DNA of 64,000 nucleotides from Cladosporium halotolerans. Its lineage: Eukaryota. Location of the stretch: positions 1,116,001-1,180,000 of the forward strand of contig NW_027191453.1 of NCBI RefSeq assembly GCF_011745625.1. Reading direction: 5' to 3'. A program made the translations under genes and the position numbers. Each line of letters begins with the position of its first letter. Position 1 is the first letter of the stretch. The notes beneath the pieces were generated by a model, which did not search any database, was not told the DNA's origin, and was given only the letters and a program-made list of their open reading frames with translations. Positions 54,907 through 64,000 of the stretch are shown piece after piece.

Positions 54907-57427
54907 TCAGTCGTCGTCGCTGTCCATGTCTTCGTCGTCGTCGAGGGTTTCCATCGCTTCTTTGATGAAGGGTGAGGCCTGTGGTAAAGCTAGTCAGTCA
55001 TGATGCTCAATCTTCGTGGAGTATTAATAGTAGTAGGCTTACCTTGACGTCCAGATTGAGCGCCGTAGTGAACGCACGCAAAGCCTCGCCCTTCTCACCC
55101 AGTCCCTTCAAGCACTTTCCAAGCAAGAACCAGACATTCGCCTCGTCGGGCGCGATGTCTCTGAGCACCAAAAGCTCTTGCAGAGCGCCCTCGAAGTCGC
55201 GCATATGCATGAGCACACGGGCCTTCTTGAACCGCGCGAGCGCACTCTGAGGCGCAAGCTCCAGAGCGCGAGAGTAGCAGTCCAGCGCATTAGGCTTCTT
55301 GCGCAGCTTTTCGAAGATGACACCAATGCATACCATGAGCGTGGCGTTCGAGGGGTTGATTTGTGCAGCGATGCGGTAATGGCGCTCGGCGTCTTCGAGC
55401 TTGCCCATGCGCTCGAGCGAGCGACCGAGTCCGTACCAGCCAGTGTAGCTGCGCTTGTCTGCTGTGACAGACTTTCGGAAAGAAGATAGAGCGGCGTCGT
55501 ACTCTTCGTTCGCGATGTACTCGTGGCCCATCAGAGTCCACGCGTAGGCGAAGGATTCGTCTAGTTGAGTTGCCCGCTTGAATGCTGCGATGGCTTGATC
55601 GTGTTCTCGTGCAAGAGAGAAAGAGTTACCGATAGCACACCATGTTTCGGGAGCATCGAAATCCTGATCGCGAAGCATGTGGCAAAGGAAGGCCAAAGGT
55701 GCTTCCTTCTTCAAGTGCCAAAGCACGGTAGAGTATACTTCCATATCTTCGATGCGTGAGGGTTGCAGTTTCATAAGCCGCAGGAAGCAAGTCTCGGCAG
55801 TCCGATAGTCTCCTGCTTCATAGTGTGCCTTTGCGAGCTGAGCCAGTACCCACGGCGTCTCACGTTGGGTACTTGACAACGAGTCGAATGTTTCAATCGC
55901 GGTTGGAAGATCGTAACGTGAAGCTGCATAGCATCCAATGGCCAAATGTCGGAAGCTTTTCAGCAGTCCGGAAATCGCCTCTTGCTCAGCGACTAAATCT
56001 TTGGGTGGCGCTGGGGGAGGCTTCTGTGTGGCAGCAGTGGTGACGGTACTCGACGTCGGGGGTTTTTCGCTGTTCCGGCTGGGTGCGCGCCGAATTCTCT
56101 CCCTCTCTTTTTCCTTCTCCTTCTCCTTCTCCGCAGGATCGGGTGGCAGCATCTTGCGGTTCCCACTTACTACTCTGCCAACGGTGCCGGTCGTCCTACC
56201 TCTCGCTCCGGTGGCCGTCCTAGCTGGCCTCGCTTCTCGATCACTTCTGGTCGTAACTGAAGGGACGGGTTCAGCAGTCGTACGGCTACTCCTAGTCGTC
56301 GCAGTCTGACCAAACAGCCGATTACTCCTGCGTGGTGCCGAAGAATCTGGTCCCGCGGCACTTGACTGCGAAGCATGACCGGAGATTGTGCGTTTGTGTC
56401 CCCCACTTGTCTTCCTCGGGGCCTGGTCATTCCCGTCGGATGGATCTGACGATGTTGTTGGTTGGCCACGCAATGCAGGATGCCGTGATCGTTCTGAGGG
56501 CTCGGTATGTTGTCGTAATCTACGTGAGGGTGCCGGAGGTGCCTGGTCCTGAGTTACTCCCTCGTGTGTCGCAAGTTCACCCATTGCGATATCGTCATCG
56601 AGAGCAGCACCGTTGCCGTTAGCGGTTGGCGTGTCCCATTCTGACAGAGGCGCTTTCGAGCCGTTCGTCAAACCAGTCCTACTCCTGACTTTCGGAACTC
56701 CAAAGAGACCTCCACCCTGCTCTCCAGCGGATCTTGTGTTGAACGGGTCGTTCGAGGGCGTCAAGACGTTCGCATGGTTGAAGTTGTTGTGTTGCGCGAG
56801 CGCATTCGAAGTTGTCCTTGGTTGATCTGTGTAGATCTCCGCAACACCCGAGCTCTTCGTTGCACCACTCATCTCTGTTGTTGGCCTGAACATCTTTTCA
56901 ACATCGACTTCCGCGCCAATCTTGCAAAGCCCCTCGAACGTATCCCAAATGAATGGATTCGCCTTATGTGCCTCCACGTAGTAGTCTCCCGCTTTCTTCA
57001 AATCGCCGTGTCCGCGCCATAGCCTCGCCAACAGCGTCTGCACAGCCGCCGCATCGGGCGTGTGCCGCCGTGAAGTCTCCGAGTGTTTGTTCCAATTGCT
57101 CTTGCCATACCACAAGCTCTTCGCCTTCTCCAGCGCCGTCGTGCCCTCCAGGTGCTTGCCTAGCTCCAAACAAGCTTGCGCAAAGATGTACGCGCAGCCC
57201 AAGTGCCTCCCGCTCGAGCCATACTTTTGCGCCGAGTCGTAAGCGGCCTTCGATCTTCGTTGTCGCAAGTAGGTCAACGCGAGCAGGTGCGAGCTGTCGG
57301 GGTTCCTGGGTTCGAGTGCGTAGAGGCGGCCGGCGAGGAAATTTGCGTTGTCGAGAAGCTCGTTGTCGATGTGGTAGAAGATCAACTGTCGCAACTGCGA
57401 GGCGGCGATTCCGGTTGTTGGCGACAT
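54907..57427 (-). CDS. CDC27: APC/C subunit Cdc27/Apc3 (BimA/Nuc2); exons 57427-55043, 54978-54907
   Basis: N-terminal TPR dimerisation region, disordered middle, C-terminal TPR block (MEVYSTVLWHLK, PETWCAIGNSFSLAREH, YAWTLMGHEY, WYGLG). Last intron GTAAGC...ACTGAC...CAG. Confidence 0.96.
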
Positions 57428-57962
57428 GCCTAGGTGAGCGGCCGGTGGTCGTCGCTAGGGTGTAGTCGTAGGGAAAAGTGCCAGTCGTGGCACAGGGAAG
57501 AAGTGAAGGTGAGAGACCGGAACAGCACGTGTTTCCGCGTCGGCCAACATTGGCTGCTGAACGGAGTATCACGAGCAAGGCGGCAAGAGCGAATCCAGGC
57601 TGGGTGTTGTCGCGGTGCAGGATGCTCAAATCCAGTTGTTCATCTCATTTCGAACACAGTCGTGCTTGAACAACGACTCCGGCTTGTTTTGATTGTCGCT
57701 ATTGTATGCTCGAAGCTCGTACAGTGAGAGCAAATGCTCAGTTGGTCACGTAATGGTCGTTGCCGTGCTGTGAGACTTGTGTTGTTGCAGCGCTTGTTTG
57801 TGGCCCGTGCTTTCGTTCGCGGGGGCTGCCCGATCGATTCTCAATAATCCGCAGCCAAGCATATAGCATCGTCAGAGGCCACTGTCTCACAGCCTAAGAT
57901 CGTCGGTCTTCCTGGGATCCCTACCTAATAGTTAGTGTAGCGGGACTTCAATTCACTTCACC

Positions 57963-58535
57963 ATGGCACAGGTATCGTGCATTGACTGTTCGCCTTCGAG
58001 TCTGCCAATGCTAACCAGCAATTAGAAAGCGCTCAAAACGCTGGCAGCCCGCAACACGGCCATCCTCAATCGCACCCACCTGATTTCCCTCGGTGTCAAC
58101 GCATTCTTCTTCTTGATCCACTTCCTGCTGTCTTCCCGCAACCTCACGGCTTGGTTCGTCCTGACGCTTCCCTCGCTCCTCATCGAATTCTGGTTCGAGC
58201 GCATCGGTCGCCCCACCCACGACAATGGCGATCTCAAGCGTGCCGGCGAGGACCTCGAGGCGAAGGGTCTGACCGAGTGGATGTGGGACATCACATACTG
58301 GTCCTGGGGCTGTATAGTGCTCGCCGCGCTGGTCGGAAACAAGGCGTGGTACGCTTGGGCCGTGGTGCCGCTGTACTCGGGATGGTTGGCTTTCACGACT
58401 TTCACCGGTGCGAGGAAGGGATTGGCGGGTATGGGAGGCGGCGCGGATGAGGGAGCTTCGAGCGGTGCTGCAGGTCAGAGTAAGAGACAAGCCAAGATGG
58501 AGAAGAGGGGCGGGCAGAAGATGCAGTACAGGTGA
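57963..58535 (+). CDS. SND2: Snd2/TMEM208 (DUF788) SRP-independent targeting protein; exons 57963-57971, 58026-58535
   Basis: MAQKALKTLAARN N-terminus, GEDLEAKGLTEWMWDITYW and SKRQAKMEKRG. Divergent from CDC27 across 535 bp. Confidence 0.92.
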
Positions 58536-60035
58536 TTGCATACGCAGACTACACTCTGGCTTTTACGCTAGGCTTTCCGCCATCACTTCGAGTTCACCGT
58601 ACTTTCCCGCGCCTCCGGGACAGCATGAGGTGGACTACGTGCCGATCCGGCACCGCGCTGCGGCAGAATGCGCGCTCGAGATGCTTCCCAATGGTCTCCT
58701 TGAGCAGGCGATGACAAAGCCTCGCAGACAATCAGCCAGTGGCTCTCAGGCGTGTGCCCTCTGCAGCTGGTTCGACCCATGCACTGCGTTGGCCCGCCAG
58801 GAAGCGCCCCAATGCCTACAGGTTGGAATCGCATTCACCACGAAACGCTACGCGTTTGCTGAAGCTGGTGTCACGCCTGAGGAGGCTTGTACTCACAACT
58901 ATAGGTCCTTAGAACATGTCTAATTGAAAGCAGACTGATCAGTGCCTACAAGAATGTGTGCAGTGCAGTGTCTCTATCTTCACCACGATGTACACAATTC
59001 TATGGCGAAGGGTTCCATACAGCGGTCTCACACTTGGTACGCGGTATGAGCAAGTCACATAGGCCTGCGGTGGCTTTCTATCTGCACGCCATGAAAAATT
59101 GTGGAGACGCTGGCATGGTAATGCCGATCAGTGTTGCCTTGATCGTTACTACTTCGTCTCTCAGCACCAGAAGAGTTTTTATCTCGTTCTCTCGAAGAAG
59201 AGCAGAAGGTTGAATCTCCAGCCGAAGTCTCACGGAAACCGAAGACGGTTGGGATGAGTTCATTCTCCACGACCTCGAGGTATGGTCGCTTACGACGCCG
59301 CCAAAATCGTTTAGCAATAGTGATGCACAAGGCAAAGCACAAACTTTCGGGCACTCGTGGATTTCCGTCATGCATGAACATCACTCGTTCGAGCTCAACA
59401 ACTGTTGTCGAAGGCGAGTAAGGCTGATACACCGCTCTTCGTACGACTCAGTTCCACAATATCAGAGGGAATCCATGGGTCTTGTGCAGGTGTAAGAGCG
59501 ATCATGGCTTTGTGCGAGGAGACAATGATCCTTCAAATCTGGATCGAACCAATTCATTTAGAACGGAATATGAGAAGTGACGTGTACGAATGGCTCTTGA
59601 ACACTGTGGTGTACACAGCAGGCGCATCCGTCTCGATCCCCGATCGTATAACATATCTCGATTGCCTGCTGTAAATCGCGAAGCTGGATTCTCCTTATCG
59701 CTAATTTATGATTCTGCGGAGATGCTCCGCATCTTCTCCACATTGGAGGCTCACCAGGGGGGTATACATTGTCACGTGACTTCACTTAACCTCACTTCAC
59801 ACCGCGTACCCTATACCATATCACAATCGTCTGCCGCAACGCGAGATACGACCAGTAACAGTAAATAGTCAGCCTGAATCATAATCACATGTATACACCT
59901 ACCCACCTATCTACCAACCACCCCCTTCCCTAACCTAACCTCACCTCACCTCCCCCACCCCCCACGCCCGCACCGCGCAACCCCCACGCCCACCCGTCAC
60001 CTATATCTTCACGCGCAACCCGGAATGACACAATC

Positions 60036-60292
60036 AGAACACGAGCAGGCGCTTTAGTCCCCCGTGGCGCAGTGGTAAGCCGCGGGGGACCGGGCCAGAG
60101 CGTGCAGCGCTTTGCTGCAGCACGCCCAGGCCCTTCGCCAGAGACCGAGGACTGTTCATGGGCCGCCCCACCGAAAGCAAAATCCGCCGTCAGAGACCGG
60201 GTTTTCTTGACACCCCCCGAGCGAGGCGGGGTGGTTCTTTTGCGCTGGTGGAGGTTCGAGTCTTGGATGTGTTTTTTGCCTTGGGTTTTTTT
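60036..60292 (+). ncRNA. Candidate RNA polymerase III structured ncRNA, family not recognised
   Basis: A box TGGCGCAGTGG 60065-60075, B box GGTTCGAGTC 60253-60262, T6 and T7 tracts at 60272 and 60286, four hairpins and a closing AGAAC/GTTCT stem. Confidence 0.55.
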
Positions 60293-61944
60293 GTCTTTTG
60301 GTTCAGTTGGACTTGCTTTGGAAGGCCAATGTGATTACGTCATCTGTGAATGCATGAGGGCATAGTAAATGACACCTGCCGCGTCGTTGACAGAGCAGTT
60401 TGAAGTTGAAATCGTTTCGCTTTTCTTGGAGAGTCTCGTTTTGTCTTGATCGTACCTGGTATCAGGCCTCCTCGACCGTGATGATCGTGGTTCTAGCTAG
60501 ACGGGCACATCTTGGTGGCGCCAGACTCCTACACCGGAGTCTAGAGCGTAAAGCCCTCTCGTACTTGAAATGATCTTGGGTAAAAAAACTTCTTCTTGCG
60601 CTGAGTAGACGACAGGGGTGACGCGACGAGCTGCTGGTGGGTGTTAAGCGCAGTAGCACTCTATGTCAGCACATCATGGGCTCAAGCATAGACTTTAGCA
60701 CGTGGGTGAAGCATTAGCGAACCTTGTGGAACGCGCAAATGACGCCACACTGTACCAATTGTTTTGTACTGTATTGTATCAAAGTCAAGAAGTGTACGTG
60801 GCAGGGTGGTCGATGGTACGAGGTCGGGCTGACGAACTCTAGCTGACGTTCGGCCGAGAGAGCTCGCCAAGATCCGTGCAAGCCGGAGGATTGGGGCAGC
60901 AGGCCGGCCGACAGAGCTGACTTCGCGTGCGACAACAGCGATAACGAGCGCTCTCAAGCCGCCGACGGCAAAATTGGGTGTACGATTCAGCGGACGGTCG
61001 GCTAGAGTGTCACTGACGCAAATGTGATTGCGAGCTCATCGAAGCGGAGCGGACACGGCGGCGCAGCTGAATGAGTCTGCCTGCTGCGGTCGAAGGATTC
61101 GGCGAGCGGAGCGATTCATTGGCCGGGCGCCGTTCCACTCGTGTGGCTTCCCGCCTTGCCGCACCGGTGAAGATGTGTGGCCTGAGGCATGTGGCTGACA
61201 AACATCGCGCGATACAGTATCTCGCTGGTGGTGAATCAAGATGGAGTGCACTCGAAGGGTTTCATTGTTGTTGAAATCACTGAATGCACAGCACGAGTCC
61301 CAAACAACGAGGACGAGAGAGAAACAGCGCCGGCCCTACGTTTGTATATATGAGCGGAGCCGGCAGGCTGCCGCAGCACCGGTCACCCTATCGGGCTGGC
61401 GCTAAGATAACCTTAGGCCGGGCTAGCGCGACGCCTCGCAGGCTGCTGCCTAGAATGCGACGCGGTGCCTGCGCAGGCCTGGTGACTTCGCCTCAAATGC
61501 GAAGTCACGCCCTTCCAACCTTGCCCGGGCCTTCGACTCATCGCTCTTCACTCCCGCCTCACCATCCTTTGCATCTCTCGCGCCCACCGCTGCTGCCTCG
61601 CACCATCACCGCTGGCCCTCCCCAGCCTGACCGTGCTGCCGGACCACCGCCCGCACCTGTTTCGCTGGCTCCATCGACCGTGTGGCGACTGGACTGAACA
61701 CCTCAAATCCTCCGGTCCATCTCGTCATTCAGAGCCGGCACTGCGACTGCTGCTGGTCTGCCGCGTCCGATCGAGGATTTCCGCAGTCACACGACTAGCC
61801 TCACCCGGCCGCCGCGTATCACCGTCCCTGGAACCGACGCCGCTCTGCCAACATCCGAAACCTATTGGCCTGCAGCGTGACTCACCTGCCCTCACGACAC
61901 CGATTTGACAATCCTTCCCTCACTTCCTGCGATCTGTCCGGACA

Positions 61945-64000
61945 ATGTCTTCCACCACCCTCCATCCCCGCCGCCGGCCCGCTAGCCCATCAATGACTCC
62001 CTCCCTTCTGGACTCCTTCCAGAACATGTCCATCCGCAAATGGGACACATTTCATGTTCCCCACAAGCACGATAAGGATCTCTGGGACCCGCTGGCTTCG
62101 TCTGCGAAGAAATCTACCACTCCTTCCATGCCGGCCCGCTCCACTACATGCCCCAAATCTCTCGAGGACTTGCTCATTGGTTCCGGCGAGCGTCGCGCTG
62201 CAGACCTCCTCCACAGAGTCGACCAAGCTATTGCGACGCAATCAAAACTCGCTTTGGGCCACGTCCTCAGTGAGCCGGAAGTGCTTCCCGTCCCGGAAGC
62301 CGACGACAGTACCTGCACGCAGATGCACGTCCGCCAATCAAGCCGCCACAGCCATTCTTCTGACAGTGGCATTGGATCTAGCGTCGCATCCGAATCTGGC
62401 AAGTGTCCCACGACCGGTGAGGCCGCCCTGCATACTCGACCCTCTGTCTATAAGTTCCCCGCTGATCTCGATCCAGATTCTCCAGACCTTTCCTCCGCTT
62501 CCAAATCGATGTCCGCCATCTCAGCGGCCACCGAGGAACGCGGTCTGAGCGAGTATGCCAAAGAGCAAATCCACCGCCATATCATTCAGCCGATTCTCCG
62601 CGAGCCCTCACTGAAGGAATTCCATCAACTCCTCAAAGACGTCCCACACCGCATCGGCAGCAGGGAGATTAAGAACCTGCGCGACCTCGAGAAGACTCTC
62701 ATCTTCTGTGCACCGGTAAGTACCTGCAACCGCTTCACGTCGGATTGCGCATTTACTCATGGTGTTTCTGGCGTAAAGGATTATTCGCGCACACCGAGGA
62801 AGTACCTGCACTTCTGCGAACGCACGATCCGAGTTCTGCACACGACGGTCACCACCCTCCACGAGAGCGACCAACGCGCACCGACCGATCGACCGTACAC
62901 GCAAGGCTACTTCTTCGACTTGGTTGAGCAGGTGTGTTTTGGCTGCATTGATCCGGCAATCAGCCTCGCCGTTATTGACATCATCGAACAGATCCGCAGA
63001 TACGCCACTATTCTGGCGGCCACCAGAGAAAGGCAGGCCAAGGGCGAAAAGGCTGAAGAGATGGATTACTCACCGTATGGATCGACCCTGAGTGTTGCGA
63101 TCGGTCGCATGGATCTTCCAAGCGCCCATCAATGCTCCTCATCATCTTCCGATGGTTCACACGCTAACCCACAATGCAGGGACGAGACTGTCTCGCTACA
63201 TGGTGGTCTGAGTCACAACGGAAAGCCCGCCGAGCTTGTCCGTCACAAGGATGGCAAGACTATTTCTCTTGCTACAGGTCGCGTTCTTTCCTCGGACGAG
63301 ACGGCTCATTCATCTTCGAAGCGCGCCATGTCGGACGCTGGCCTGGATGATGCCGACGACGACGACGTGCTTCGCTCCATGGCCAGGCGCAAGAAGAACG
63401 CCAAGCCAGAGATACACGAGTGCCCGCAGTGCGAGAAAGAGTTCAAGCGCCCATGCGACCTCACCAAGCACATCAAGACGCACGACAGACCATACAAGTG
63501 CCCTAACACAAAGTGCAAGTATCACGAATATGGCTGGCCGACGGAGAAAGAGTGTGAGCGCCACGTCAACGATAAGCACTCCGCAGCGCCCTCGTTGTAC
63601 CACTGCCTGTTCAAGCCTTGCCCGTATACATCGAAGCGTGAGAGCAACTGCAAGCAGCACATGGAGAAGGCACACGGCTGGGCCTATGTGCGTTCGAAGA
63701 ACAATGGCAAGGGCAAAGCGTCGGAGGTCTCTCGCTTGCCAAAGGGTCCTGTGCCGCCATCTCCCTCATCGATGATGTTGACGCCGCTTACCCCGATCGC
63801 GCCCTCTCCTTCCACTTCGGCACAGTCATGGGCAACTGGATCACGCCACAGCTCCATGGCGCCGCCGCCCGTCCCTAGCCACTACGGCACGCCAGCCTTC
63901 GTGCAGCCATCACCTGACTTCGCTGGACACTTCAACATGGATTTTGACTTCAACAACATGGAAGCATTCCCCATGACCCCAGCTCTCAGCGAGGACCGAC
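61945..64000 (+). CDS. ace1: C2H2 zinc-finger transcription factor Ace1/SltA, 3' end beyond the window; introns 62417-62476, 62716-62778, 62932-62991, 63075-63179
   Basis: HSSDSGIGSS, NLRDLEKTLIF, GYFFDLVEQIRRYA and three fingers: CPQCEKEFKRPCDLTKHIKTH, CKYHEYGWPTEKECERHVNDKH, CPYTSKRESNCKQHMEKAH. Missing from the ORF track because the frame has no stop in the window. Confidence 0.93.
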   Translation, partial: MSSTTLHPRRRPASPSMTPSLLDSFQNMSIRKWDTFHVPHKHDKDLWDPLASSAKKSTTPSMPARSTTCPKSLEDLLIGSGERRAADLLHRVDQAIATQSKLALGHVLSEPEVLPVPEADDSTCTQMHVRQSSRHSHSSDSGIGSSVASESGKCPTTGEAALHTRPSVYKFPADLDPDSPDLSSASKSMSAISAATEERGLSEYAKEQIHRHIIQPILREPSLKEFHQLLKDVPHRIGSREIKNLRDLEKTLIFCAPVSTCNRFTSDCAFTHGVSGVKDYSRTPRKYLHFCERTIRVLHTTVTTLHESDQRAPTDRPYTQGYFFDLVEQVCFGCIDPAISLAVIDIIEQIRRYATILAATRERQAKGEKAEEMDYSPYGSTLSVAIGRMDLPSAHQCSSSSSDGSHANPQCRDETVSLHGGLSHNGKPAELVRHKDGKTISLATGRVLSSDETAHSSSKRAMSDAGLDDADDDDVLRSMARRKKNAKPEIHECPQCEKEFKRPCDLTKHIKTHDRPYKCPNTKCKYHEYGWPTEKECERHVNDKHSAAPSLYHCLFKPCPYTSKRESNCKQHMEKAHGWAYVRSKNNGKGKASEVSRLPKGPVPPSPSSMMLTPLTPIAPSPSTSAQSWATGSRHSSMAPPPVPSHYGTPAFVQPSPDFAGHFNMDFDFNNMEAFPMTPALSEDR

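Noticed and set aside
58900..59800. Protein-like fragments (DGWDEFILHDLEVW; DVYEWLLNTVV) suggesting a pseudogene
   Set aside because: Interrupted frames and no family I can name; cannot be supported without a translated search.
59923..59950. CCCTAACCTAACC as a telomeric repeat or telomerase template
   Set aside because: Only one CCCTAA unit, inside a C/A-rich low-complexity tract; not the TAACCCTAA template.
60058..60273. tRNA with a long intron
   Set aside because: D-loop and T-loop-like boxes are present, but the T stem is incomplete and no 3' acceptor strand or anticodon arm can be formed.

Overview
Gene-dense, GC-rich genomic DNA of a filamentous ascomycete (Pezizomycotina; Dothideomycete is only a guess). 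The evidence is short GT-AG introns with CTRAC/CTRAT branch points and lineage-typical genes (ham-7/X325, ace1/sltA). I support 24 protein-coding genes: an APC permease (partial), Air1/2, a HAD hydrolase, uL22m, Prp24, a secreted-type epoxide hydrolase, Pho89, an isochorismatase, SRR1, an NB-ARC-TPR NLR, a kelch protein, an F-box protein, HAM-7, CCDC97, Cdc27, Snd2, Ace1/SltA (partial) and several uncharacterised proteins. I saw no transposon, CRISPR array, rRNA or canonical tRNA. Best leads: (1) an NLR whose first exon, absent from the ORF track, encodes a single HET-s-related amyloid motif with no effector gene next to it; (2) a ~200-nt highly structured intergenic RNA candidate with Pol III A box, B box and oligo-T tracts; (3) ace1/sltA, whose four introns are all 3n and stop-free; (4) a tandem H2B-H2A histone-fold protein with four repeated short motifs; (5) about 15 strand-symmetric C/A-rich to G/T-rich composition switches. 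Intron models were spliced by hand. Homology calls rest on recalled family motifs, not database searches.
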